Positions 11,181-21,423 of a stretch of 23,030 bases of DNA are shown piece by piece; the stretch's first letter is position 1, and each line of letters begins with the position of its first letter. Where the stretch lies: the NCBI RefSeq assembly GCF_006345805.1, contig NW_021836739.1, forward strand, positions 1-23,030. The letters are read 5' to 3'. The notes below the pieces were generated by a model. That model was not told the DNA's origin and ran no database searches. It saw only the letters and a list, made by a program, of their open reading frames with translations. The DNA comes from Octopus sinensis (taxonomy: Eukaryota). A program made the translations under genes and the position numbers.

Positions 11181-11450
11181 ATAGAGATGATGATGATGTG
11201 ATTACAATTATCATAGTGAGTATGGTAATGATGTTGATGATGATGATGATGGCAACGATGATTATGATTGTAGTGGTGGTGATGACAGCGGCGATGTTGA
11301 ATAAAGGTGGTGGTGGCGCTAGTGGTGATGATGATGATGATGATGTCGACGATGATAGTAATGGTGGTGGTGGTGGTGGTGGTGGTGATGGTGGTAGAAT
11401 TGGTGATAGTGATGATGATGGCGATGATGATGATGATGCTAATGAACAAC
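10900..11450. repeat. (GAT)n/(GGT)n tract with six GATTATAGAG interruptions in a higher-order repeat
   Basis: Motif starts at 10961, 11018, 11042, 11096, 11123 and 11177. Confidence 0.9.
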
Positions 11451-11729
11451 AGGAGTAATAATAAATTAATAACAAATTAAAATTTGTTATAACACACCCA
11501 CACACATCCCTCCCCCACCGCACACACACATACACAGCATACACACACACACATGCACGCATGCACACAATTCTACACACATACACACACAGGTTAGAAT
11601 TCAATTTAATTCTCTTCAGATTATGCATTAGCATGGAATTTGTTTTGTTTTTGCTTGCATTTTGTATTGTATGTTATATAGAGGAACACGTGTGTGTGAG
11701 TGTGTATATGTATGTATGTGTATGTATAT

Positions 11730-11987
11730 ATGTATGTGTATATAAATGTGTGTGTGTATATGTGTGCTGGTATATTATATATGTATGTGTGTGTTTATAT
11801 TTGTATGTATGTGTGCATATGTGTGTGTATATATGTGTGTTTTATATATGTTTATGTATGTGTATATAAATGTGTGTGTGTATATGTGTGCTGGTATATA
11901 TATATATGTATGTGTGTGTTTATATTTGTATGTATGTGTGCATATGTGTGTGTATATATGTGTGTTTTATATGTTTATGTATGTGTA
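11730..11987. repeat. Tandem duplication of a 124-126-bp TA/TG-rich unit
   Basis: TATAAATG at 11741 and 11865; CTGGTAT at 11767 and 11891. Confidence 0.9.
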
Positions 11988-12162
11988 TTTCTCTGTGTGT
12001 GTGTATATGTGTGTATAGGTGCAGACATGACTATGTGGCTAGGTCCACCTTGTAACTATATGGTTTCAGATTCAGTTCCACTGTATGGCAACAACCTCAA
12101 TGTATGTATACATATCTATATGCTGGCATGTGTGTGTGTGTATGTGTGAGTGTGCGTGTGTG

Positions 12163-12200
<38 letters not shown>

Positions 12201-12469
12201 TGTTGATATGCCACAGCGTCCCTTGTCGCCTCCAAAGTCAAACAGTCGCAGAATGTCTTAGATTCGGTGGCCAAATGCTCTTCTTAATTCTTACCGTTTC
12301 CAAGTCGGGTCATATTTCTTCTAATTCTTCAAACAATGAACAGCTCAATAGCAGGACATGTTTTCACGGAAGATAGCAAACAAACAACACCGTTGTTATG
12401 ATGGTGACTTTTGTTTACGATTAGTGAGCACATACCAGGTCAGTGACACACAGACACACAGTCACAAGT

Positions 12470-12625
12470 GTGTGGCATGGCTACGTGGTTAAGAAGCAAA
12501 CTTCTCAACCACATGGTTCAGTCCTCTAGTGTAGCAATTTGGGCAAGTGTCTTGTATTATAGCCCTAGGCTGACTAAAGCCTTGTGATTGGATTTGGTTG
12601 ATGGAAACTGAAAGAAGCCCATTGT
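12470..12625 (+). mobile_element. SINE family A head and core
   Basis: Homology to 1786-1948. Confidence 0.85.
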
Positions 12626-12630
12626 ATATA

Positions 12631-12857
12631 TTCTTTTATTCTTTTACTTGTTTCAGTCATTTGACTGTGGCCATGCTAGAGCACCACATTTAGTTGAACA
12701 AATCAACCCCAGGTCTTATTCTTTGTAAGCCTAGTACTTATTCTATTGGTCTCTTTTCATTGAACTGCTAAGTGACAGGGACGTAAACACACGAACATCT
12801 GTTGTCAAGTGATGGTGGAGGAACAAACACAGACACAAATACACACACACACACACA

Positions 12858-12923
<66 letters not shown>

Positions 12924-13060
12924 GACAGGCTTCTTTCAGCTTCCGTCTACCAAATCCACTCACAAGTTGTTGGCCTGAGGCTATAGTTGAAGACACGCAG
13001 TGGGACTGAAACTGGAACCATGTGGTTGGGAAGCAAGCTTCTCACCACACAGCCACTCCC
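12631..13060 (-). mobile_element. SINE family A, near full length, with internal (CA)n tract
   Basis: Head at 13060 abuts (TA)n; core about 12920-13000, microsatellite about 12840-12920, tail to 12631. Confidence 0.9.
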
Positions 13061-13074
13061 ATATATATATATAT

Positions 13075-13116
<42 letters not shown>

Positions 13117-13734
13117 AAAGAAGAGTTGTATTTCCAACTGCAACCAGCTGTGAAAGGTGAAGAGATCAATGCACTGTGACTGAAATTGAAAACAGAACTG
13201 CAGGCGCCACGAGAGAAATTTTAAAAGAAACCTTTTCGTCTTTCTTTTCCACTTTTCCTTATACAAACTCAGTATGACTGAACTTTCAGTGATGTTATAG
13301 TTTTGTTATAGTTTTGCCATACATTTACGTTGATATCACTACCTATCCCTATGAAACTCATTGAAATTTCTGTAAACATTTGAACATTTGATGGCTTAAA
13401 CATGTTTGTCCAATTTTTACCTTTTAACTTTAAACTCTCCCCAAGCCTCTTATATATGATTTTGATTTTTCCAGTTTCAGCTAATGAGCTGTGGCCATGC
13501 TGGGGCACCGCCATATATCATATATATATATATATATATATGTAGCATTGATTAGCAAAAAATTGTCAAAACTAGTTTGGTATATGAATAAATCTATTTA
13601 AAAACAACTACACGTTTTTTAGATTCAGATGCATTTTGAAACTTCAAAACAAATCCTTCTGTGCATGTGTGTGTGTGTGTGTGTGTACAAACATTACTAA
13701 CGTCACATACTTGTATATAATATGTATATATCTA

Positions 13735-13965
13735 TGTGCGTATGGCCTTTGTGTCTGTGTTTGTTCCCCATGACTGATGGACAACCGGTGTTAGTGTGTT
13801 TATGTTTGTGTAACTTAGTGGTTCAGCAAAAAAGATTGCTAAAACAAGCACCAGGCTTAGCAAAAAGAAAAAAAGTACTTCGGTCAATTCATTCAATTAA
13901 AAATTCTTAAAGGTGGTGCCCCAGCATGGCGACAGTCTAATGACTCAAACAAGTAAAAAACAAAA
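13735..13965 (+). mobile_element. SINE family A tail (decayed)
   Basis: GACAACCGGTGTTAGTGTGTTTA..GGTGGTGCCCCAGCATGGC..TGACTCAAACAAGTAAAA. Confidence 0.75.
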
Positions 13966-14007
13966 AATTAAGTCAGAGACGATATTGAGAATGGTGATGA
14001 TGATGGT

Positions 14008-14162
14008 GGGTTTCTTCCAGTTTCCCCTTTGCCAAATTTCACTCGCAGAGCATTTGGGGGACTCGTAACTGTTGGTGAAGACACAAGCTGATCGTGATAC
14101 ATCGTAGGAATAATCACTGAACTGTGTGGTTCCAAACCAAACTTATTAGCTACGTAGCCATG
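14008..14162 (-). mobile_element. SINE family A head and core (heavily decayed)
   Basis: TTCTTCCAGTTTCC..CCAAATTTCACTCGCAG..TAGCCATG. Confidence 0.55.
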
Positions 14163-14400
14163 TTGTGATCTATTATCTTGTAGATTACAATCAAATGCTA
14201 TTATTAAAAAAGATACAAGAAACTTAAATGTATCAAGTCACTTAACCATCTTCTCTTTGGCAAACAAAATAATACTCTGTTTGGTTCCAAAACTTGATAT
14301 CAATCTAGTTTTAGAGAGTTGTATACATCAAATACTCAAGTTACAAATTATTTATCATTGCTGACATCACGGGAGAAAAAAATAAGATATGTTTACTACT

Positions 14401-14640
14401 AATAGTGTTTATGGTATCTGCAATTGTGTTGTATTGATGTGAGACAAGTGCATGCATGAAAAGAAAATATATTTTGAGGAGATGGAATCATTGATGTTTG
14501 AGATGAGATGTTTCAGTAGAATTCTTGGCATTATCTAGAACAAGTACTGGACCCACCAGACAATCAGTCGGTTACTCATAGAAGAACTTAGTGCTTTGGC
14601 TGAGAAGGAAGAAAGACTTGCAGAAACGACAAGAGGAAGA
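14401..14640 (+). mobile_element. Decayed RTE-like LINE fragment
   Basis: VLY*CET followed by FEMRCFSRILGII*, resembling the RTE motifs LYGCETW and FEMxCxRRILxIxW. Confidence 0.5.
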
Positions 14641-14668
14641 AGCATATAAGAAAACTTGTTATTCCAAA

Positions 14669-14932
14669 CCATCATCATCATCATCATCGTTTAATGTCTG
14701 CCTTCCATGCTAGCATGGGTTGGACGATTTTGACTGAGGGCTGGCAAACCAGACGGCCGCACCAGGCTCCAATCTTGATCTGGCAGAGTTTCTACTGCTG
14801 GATGCCCTTCCTAACGCCAACCACTCCGAGAGTGTAGTGGGTGCTTTTTACGTGCCACCAGCACGGGCCAGTCAGGCGGTACTGGCAATGACCTCACTCG
14901 AATCTTTTTACACATGCCACCGGCACAGGTGC
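14669..14932 (-). mobile_element. SINE family D with (GAT)n tail
   Basis: Minus strand carries TTGGCGTTAGGAAGGGCATCCAGC and ends in a (GAT)n tail; related to 5595-5965. Confidence 0.8.
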
Positions 14933-15015
14933 AAATAATAGAATTTGGAAATGTTTTAGTTTTATTTTATTTTTAGTTTTATCTTGCTTTATTTTGTGTT
15001 TTCTATTTTCATTAG

Positions 15016-15160
15016 CTGACACCCCGAACTTCCTTGCAATGTGGACCAACTGCTTGAATTCAACACAGTCCAAAATGCATGAGGAATTTATTGGCCGAGC
15101 GGAACACGAGGGCAGTGGACCAGCAGAACTTTATCCCCACCTCAAAGAAGAAAATGTTGG
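15016..15160 (+). CDS. Host gene exon (145 nt, phase 1 to 2)
   Basis: About 60-nt T-rich tract ending CATTAG, donor TGG|GTAATT, single open frame DTPNFLAMWTNCLNSTQSKMHEEFIGRAEHEGSGPAELYPHLKEENV; phases match both neighbouring exons. Confidence 0.8.
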
Positions 15161-15297
15161 GTAATTATTTTCTCTTCTTTTGTTACTTTCTCTCAGATTT
15201 CATTTGCAGTTTCTTGTTGTTTCTATTTATCTCTTTCTTCATGTGTGTGTGTGTGTTGTGTGTGTGTGTGTGTGCGTGCGGGCGCTCATGTGTGTGA

Positions 15298-15628
15298 AGG
15301 TGCGTGGCTTAGTGGTTAGGGTATTTGGCTCACAATCGTAAGGTCATGAGTTCAATTCCTGGCAACACATTGTGTCCTTGAGCAAGCCACTTTATTTCAC
15401 GTTGCTCCAGTCTACTCAGCTGGCAAAAACAAAAAAAAAATGAGGAGTACCTGTATTTCAAAGGGCCAGCCTTGTCACATTCTGTGTCTTGCTGAATTCC
15501 CTGAGAACTATATTAAGGGCACACAGTGTCTGTGGAGTGCTCAGCCAGTTGCATGTTAACTTCATGAGCATACTGTTTTGTTGATTGGATAAAATGGAAC
15601 CCTCATTGTCATAACCGATGGAAGGCTA
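15298..15628 (+). mobile_element. SINE family C (tRNA head, CORE/Meta-like body)
   Basis: A box TGGCTTAGTGGTTAGG (15305), B box GAGTTCAATTCC (15348), TGTGTCCTTGAGCAAG.CACTT. Confidence 0.85.
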
Positions 15629-15642
15629 GTTTTATATATATA

Positions 15643-15948
15643 TGCACTTCTACCAATATCCTCTACTGCATCTCCTGCTCTCTCTGCCATTCTCTATACA
15701 TCGGGCAAACGGGACGCCGCTTGGCTGACCGATTTGCGGAACACCTCCGAGACATCCGACTCGGCTATGACACCCCAGTCTCGTGCCATTTCCGCTCTAC
15801 TGGTCACTCTTTGCAACACCTGTCTGTGTTTGGACTGTCCTTGCATAGGGGCCATCTGGACTCCCGCTTGCACCGTGAACAGGGATTAATCTTCTCTCTT
15901 CGCTCCTTTGCACCACATGGGCTCAGCTCTCCTCCCCTCTTCATCTAA
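15643..15948 (+). mobile_element. Penelope-like element, C-terminal GIY-YIG endonuclease fragment (C-rich 3' region to about 16135)
   Basis: Open frame CTSTNILYCISCSLCHSLYIGQTGRRLADRFAEHLRDIR...HF...H...I*; 5'-truncated at a (TA)n run. Confidence 0.9.
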
Positions 15949-16205
15949 CCTCCTCCCCTCGCCTCTCCCCTCTCAAACCTACATCCTCCCACTCACCTCC
16001 TCTCTTACACCGACTCCTACTTCTTCCCTTCACTCCTACCCACCTTCTCCTTCCTCATCACCCCTCCCTCGTAAGCCCACCCCACCCCTACACATTCCAA
16101 CCCCACCTTCCCTATCCTTCCCCATTAATTATTAGGTATTCTACCAGCAGTATATTGGAGAGATACTGTCCCTTGGTTGGATTCACAACCTCTAACTCTC
16201 TTTGA

Positions 16206-16241
<36 letters not shown>

Positions 16242-16284
16242 CATCAGAAAAATGCATACATGCTTCAGGAAAGGAAAAATCTGT

Positions 16285-16455
16285 ATTGGATCAACTGGAA
16301 CCCTCATTGTCATAACCGATGGAGTGCTAGTTTTATATATATCTGCACTTCTACCAATATCATCTACTGCATCTCCTGATCTCTCTGCCATTCTCTATAC
16401 ATTGGGCAAACGGGACGCTGCTTGGCTGACCGGTTTGTGGAACACCTCTGAGACA
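16285..16455 (+). repeat. Duplicate of 15584-15754 (SINE C end, TA run and start of GIY-YIG fragment)
   Basis: 171 bp ungapped, 12 mismatches, offset 701. Confidence 0.9.
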
Positions 16456-17312
16456 GTATTATTGCAATTTGATAAAACATCGAAAGTGATAACTATATTT
16501 AATAGAAATACTTATGCAGGTTAAATATATTTACACAGAATTTTCCTTTCCCAAAGTGTGCATACATTTTTGAGCGGACTCTGTATATCATCATCATCAT
16601 CATCATCGTTATATATATATATATATATCTCCATTGGCTGCAGTGGACATACCTTCATTAATATGTCAAGCTACAAGAAAAGTTCACAAATGTTTAAATT
16701 CCGGAAGCAGAGCAGAGGACAAAAAACAAAACAAAACAAAAAAAAAAAGAGAGAGAACAGCCAAAAAAAAAAAAACCTGTTGGTGGAAATTATTAATTGA
16801 TGGAAACCTTAACGACTGACTATTTAATATTTAAAAATGACAGAAGCCATAAATGGGAAACAAAGAATTAATGTGTTTATGTTTAAAACTTAACCAAGTC
16901 TGTGGAAATAATGACATTACAAGACTTTTGGTATCATTCGGTGTGGACGGTCACAATATCAAGTATTTTAATTGTTAATAATAAAAGACATTTAAGGGAT
17001 GCTGCAACAACATAATGTCACTTTTATCAAGAATCAGTCTTTTATATTTGATATTTTAATATTTTATTTTTGTGAATTTGTATAAATTTTTTTTTTCAAC
17101 TTTCAAATTATTATTCTTCTGCATTTGTTTGTATTCGAACAACTTTTATTCCTGTTTTATTTCTGTTTGTCTCTAATGTTTTAAATTTATCAATGGAAGT
17201 AATTGGATTGAGTTTACGTTTGTGTTTCTTTGTTGTTGTTGTTTTTTTCTTTTTTTTTTTTTTTTTTTTCTCCCTGGTCGTTGTTCGTCAATTGTGATTT
17301 AATCATTGATAG

Positions 17313-17324
17313 AGACACTCTGAG
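17313..17324 (+). CDS. Candidate 12-nt in-frame microexon
   Basis: First AG after an AG-free, U-rich stretch of about 100 nt; GAG|GTTTCA donor; keeps frame (ENV-GDTLR-ESV). Confidence 0.25.
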
Positions 17325-17609
17325 GTTTCATTACTTCTTATTAACTTCTGGGGCTAGACACTTGCTGATTTATTCATCTCTATCTCTCTCCATCTCTCTC
17401 CCCCCACACACATTCCTTCTTTCACTTTCTGTCTCGCCCCCCCCCCTGTTTTTCTCTTTCTGCTTGTCAGTGTGTGTGTATGTGATACGTAGAATATTAT
17501 TATACTAAAGTATGTGTGTATGTGTGCATACATTGACATAAGATATATATTGCAGTTAAAATGTGTGTGTGGTTGTATGTGAGATATGTATTATTATTTA
17601 CTGCGTTTT

Positions 17610-18000
17610 AAGGTGGCGCCACCTGTCAGAATTGTTAGCATGTTGGAGAAAATGTTTAGCGGCATTTTGTCTGTCTTTATGTTCTGAGTTCAAATTCTGA
17701 CTTTGCCTTTCATCCTCTTGATAAAATGAATACCAATTAAATACTGGGGTTGATTTAATTGACTTTAACCCCTCCCCCAAGATTGCTAGCCTTTGCCAAT
17801 ATTTGAAACCATTATTATTAGTATTATTAAAGTGGCAAGCTGACAGAACTGTTCTGAGTTCAAATTCTGCCAAGGTTGATTTTGCCTTTCATCCTTTCAG
17901 GGTTGATGAATTAAATATCAGTCAATTACAGGGGTTGATGTGATCAACTATCCCCTACCCTCAATGTCCAGGCCTTGTACTTATACTAGAAAAGATTATT
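17610..18000 (+). mobile_element. Two adjacent family B-related SINEs with a different, (ATT)n-ending tail
   Basis: TTCTGAGTTCAAATTC and GCCTTTCATCC shared with family B; tails CCCCTCCCCCAAG..CCATTATTATT and ..GAAAAGATTATTATT. Confidence 0.8.
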
Positions 18001-18016
18001 ATTATTGTTGTTGTTA

Positions 18017-18443
18017 TGTCAGCACATTCTTTTGGATTTCTTTGATACATGACTTTCCTGGGATGTTGTCTAGATATTTCTGACATCTCTCTTTGTTTTT
18101 TTATTTTTTTATAGCTAGGACACCTACATTTACAGGAGCAGATTTTGTTTTAAGATGTTACATCATTTGGATTTCAGTTTTCAGGTCCTTATATTTACTA
18201 AGTTTGTCAAATTCCCTTACAGATATACTTTTATTAAGTCCATCTATTAGTCTACAAGTGTTTTCCCCTTGTCTTTAATAATTATGTCTGGTCGATTAGC
18301 CTGGATCATTCTGTCTGTGTTGACTGGAAAATCCCAGAGTATGGTGACATTTTTACCTTCAACAACTGGCTCAGGGTGATGTTCATACCAGTTACTAAGA
18401 GTGCCAATTTTGTAGTGTTTACATATTTTCCAATGTAAATATT
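18017..18443 (-). mobile_element. R4/Dong-type non-LTR retrotransposon, restriction-like endonuclease fragment
   Basis: LHWKICKHYKIGTLSNWYEHHPEPVVEGKNVTILWDFPVNTDRMIQANRPDIIIKD..(fs)..KLSKYKDL..(fs)..KYLDNIPG..EIQKNVLT; frameshifted. Confidence 0.85.
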
Positions 18444-18500
18444 CTCCTTATTATTATCATTTTAGTATTATCATTTTATTGTTATATAAGATGTTGCACA

Positions 18501-18928
18501 GCCGTGGTGGTGTAGCATGCAGTCCTCTACAAGGCTGAAGCTCTCCGCCAACTTCAAGACACCTCCTATTGCCTTCTGCCCTCAAATCCCATGCCCAGCT
18601 ACCAACAGACTGTCCTCCACAATCCATGACCTCATCTCCTCCTCCTGTCTCCCTCCCACCACCTCCAACCCCATTGTCTGCACTCCTCGCCCCCACCCCA
18701 CCCCACCATTTATTTCCTTTCTAAAATCCACAAGCCCAACAACACTGGCTGCCCCATCATCTCCGCCTGTAACTGCCCCTTGGAACTGATCTCTGAATAC
18801 CTCGACTCTGTCCTTGCCCCCTAGTGGCTTACATCCCCTCACACATCCATGCTCTCCGTCTTTTCAGTTCTTTCTCTCTGCCTCCTGGCCTCTCTAAACT
18901 TCTCTTTACTCTTGATATCAAGAGTCTA
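18501..18928 (+). mobile_element. Penelope-like (Neptune-type) reverse transcriptase N-terminal fragment
   Basis: AVVV*..LYKAEALRQLQD..TIHDLISS..(fs)YFLSKIHKPNNTGCPIISACNCPLELISEYLDSVLAP..LFTLDIKSL; frameshifts and stops. Confidence 0.85.
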
Positions 18929-19194
18929 AGCGAACTTCTTACCACACAGCCATGCCTGCACCTTATACAGAGAAAATTATGATAAACACAACAGTTCATA
19001 TTATTTTTCCCCAGTGTATATTTTACCATTGTGCTTACATGAAGCATTTAATCTCTGTTACTTAATACAATAAAGCTTTCCACTGATGTACTGTTGTGGT
19101 TGAAAACCGAATTGAACTTGGAACATCTGCTGCAGAGAATGCTAATAACCACCACAGTGAAACGGACGTAGGGAACAAATGACATAATGTATAT

Positions 19195-19295
19195 AAAGTC
19201 ACTTGCCCAAGGTGCTGTGTAGCGGGACTGAAACCTGATATTATATGGTCGGAAAGCAAGCGTCTCAATCACTCAGCTATTCCCCTGCTTATAGT
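19195..19295 (-). mobile_element. SINE family A-like head and core fragment
   Basis: CACTTGCCCAAGGTGC..GGGACTGAAACC..GGAAAGCAAG. Confidence 0.65.
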
Positions 19296-19649
19296 GATGC
19301 TAATCACGCGTGTGTGCACACAAACACACACACTTACATCAGCGTTTATATGTATGTGTGATTTAGATGTGTGCTGACTGTATTCTGACTGACCTACCAA
19401 AGGCACACAACAAAATGCTTGATAGTTAGCTAGATGTTTAAGATAGGTTGGTGCTGTGTCATATTACTTCACCTGATGAATGCGGAACAGATGGTATGTC
19501 TGTTTTTGTAAATGAAAGAAAGAGAACTCACTACATAATGTAGAGCAAATATATAATGTTTTATTAGTGTAGATTGTCACAGAAATGACTTGAGTTTTGT
19601 CTCAAAGCATTATCCTCTATATGACTTGTGTGTGTTGTGTTGTCAAACT

Positions 19650-19914
19650 GAACTTCCTCTTTCTTGTTCTTCCACTCCTTCCTCTCTCCCATCTCCACCT
19701 TCACCTCCTTTCTCTCTCCTCTTACTCCTCCTTTCTGTCCTCCTTTCTCTTTCCTTTTCTCTTCCTCTCCTTCCTCTTCCATCTCTACCTTTCTCCTCCT
19801 CCATCTCTTCTTCCTCCCTCTCCAACATTTCCCTCTCCACATCTCTTCTTCCTTCTTTTCATCGCCTGCTTCCTCTACCCCCTCCTCTGTCTCCTCCTAC
19901 TACTACTACTGCTG

Positions 19915-19966
<52 letters not shown>

Positions 19967-20019
19967 CACCACCACCACCGCCGCCGCTACTACTACTACT
20001 ACTACTACAACTACTACAT

Positions 20020-20060
<41 letters not shown>
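19650..20060. repeat. CT-rich tract followed by (CTA)n/(CCA)n
   Basis: Directly visible. Confidence 0.95.
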
Positions 20061-20061
<1 letters not shown>

Positions 20062-20569
20062 GCCTCTAAATAATGTTTGATTGCATTCCTAGAGATGGTA
20101 GCCAAAGCATCCCCCCATATTCTTACTCTTCTTTACTACATCATGAAAATATAAAAAAAAGTCCATTACATAATGTTGCGCTGTTGGCACTGTGCCTCGG
20201 GGAAAGCGATGGCACAGTCATGGCTGGCTGGGTAATTGGCTGACATGTCCATTAATCACGAGTTTTTGCTTGATCAGAGCCGACTTGACTTGGGGCTAAA
20301 TAACAACTACAACAGAAACGACATCAGCGCTCCCACCACGACCACCACCATCAACAACAACAATTTTGCTCTTTTCTGCAATTATCATTTATCGAACATT
20401 TATTGTTGTTGTTTTGGTTTCTTTTGGGTTTTGTTTTTTTGCTGCTTTTTTCCCCCATATTTTTGGTTTTTTTTTTATAAAATTCTATGTGGAATTTCTT
20501 GTGTTGCCAATATTTCTTATCGCACATTATATTTATTTATTTATTTATTTATTTCTTGTACCACTGCAG

Positions 20570-20618
20570 GGAATCTGTAGATAACACATCGCCGAAGAAC
20601 TCAACAAATAAACTCTAG
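20570..20618 (+). CDS. Probable terminal coding exon of the host gene (phase 2), ESVDNTSPKNSTNKL*
   Basis: Acceptor TTTATTTCTTGTACCACTGCAG; phase matches the end of 15016-15160; stop TAG at 20616-20618; an AATAAA lies at 20920. Confidence 0.65.
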
Positions 20619-20819
20619 ATGTCATCGTTGTCAACGAAGAGGGAGGAGGAGGAGAAGAAGAAGAAGAAGAAAAAGAAGAGGAAGAAGAAGACTAAGCTTA
20701 ATACTGATTTCACTGATATGCGGCACTGGCAACTGTGACGATGTCAATGATGATGATGATGCTAGTGTTGCTGGTAACGGTGGTGCTGTAACTTGAAAAA
20801 TGTTTTTAATAATTTTTTT

Positions 20820-20821
20820 AC

Positions 20822-20852
<31 letters not shown>

Positions 20853-21005
20853 CATTATTATTATTATCATTATTATTATTATCATTATCATTATTATTAT
20901 TATCATTATTTTTCTCATCAATAAATCTTATCGGAAATATTCAATATGCTTCTGTTTTTTATTTTATTGCATTTGTTTTTTCTTTCATTTTTTATTCTTG
21001 TTGAA

Positions 21006-21043
<38 letters not shown>

Positions 21044-21085
21044 CGTCTTCATCATCATCATTATAATTTTTGTTGTTGTTGTTGT
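20820..21085. repeat. (ATT)n/(ATC)n microsatellites
   Basis: Directly visible. Confidence 0.9.
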
Positions 21086-21248
21086 AATGGCCTGGCAGAA
21101 GCAGTAGGGCATTAAAAAATGCATTGCAATATTATACATTCTGAGTTCGTATCACGATGACACATACCGCAGAAAGACAGAGAGTCGCTGAAGAGGTCAC
21201 AGGATGTGTGACGAACGAACTTTGACAAAGAAACTAAAATAATAATGC

Positions 21249-21421
21249 CAAGAGCACTCAGAGAGCACAAACCTCCGCCAAGGCAACACCAACGTCCTTC
21301 AACGATTAGCCAGAGCTGATTTTTAAATGAGAATATCTGAAATAAACTCGACTGCTCTCACTAACGAGAATACTATAAATGAACCTGATCGCTCTCAAAA
21401 ATTAATTAAAAAAACAGGAAA
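21249..21421 (+). mobile_element. 5' part of a probable Helentron-associated (HINE/DINE-like) non-autonomous element
   Basis: AAGAGCACTCAGAGAGC.CAAACCTCCGCCAAGGC recalled from memory as the start of an octopus repeat; the diagnostic 3' end is absent here. Confidence 0.35.
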
Positions 21422-21423
21422 TG

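Noticed and set aside
10898-11458. Poly-Asp ORF (DYRDDDD...) resembling acidic biomineralisation proteins
   Set aside because: It is a (GAT)n microsatellite that stays open through trinucleotide slippage; no signal peptide or credible splice sites
15305-15365. tRNA gene
   Set aside because: A and B boxes are present but there is no complete cloverleaf, and the sequence continues into a SINE body; the same applies to the other SINE heads
15643-18928. GIY-YIG upstream of RT on the same strand, suggesting a permuted Naiad/Chlamys-type PLE
   Set aside because: The endonuclease ends in a stop plus 3' region as in C-terminal-EN elements; the pieces are over 2 kb apart with a host-intron context and other insertions between them
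19481-19500. CTGATGA hammerhead core
   Set aside because: No stem II or GAAA core follows
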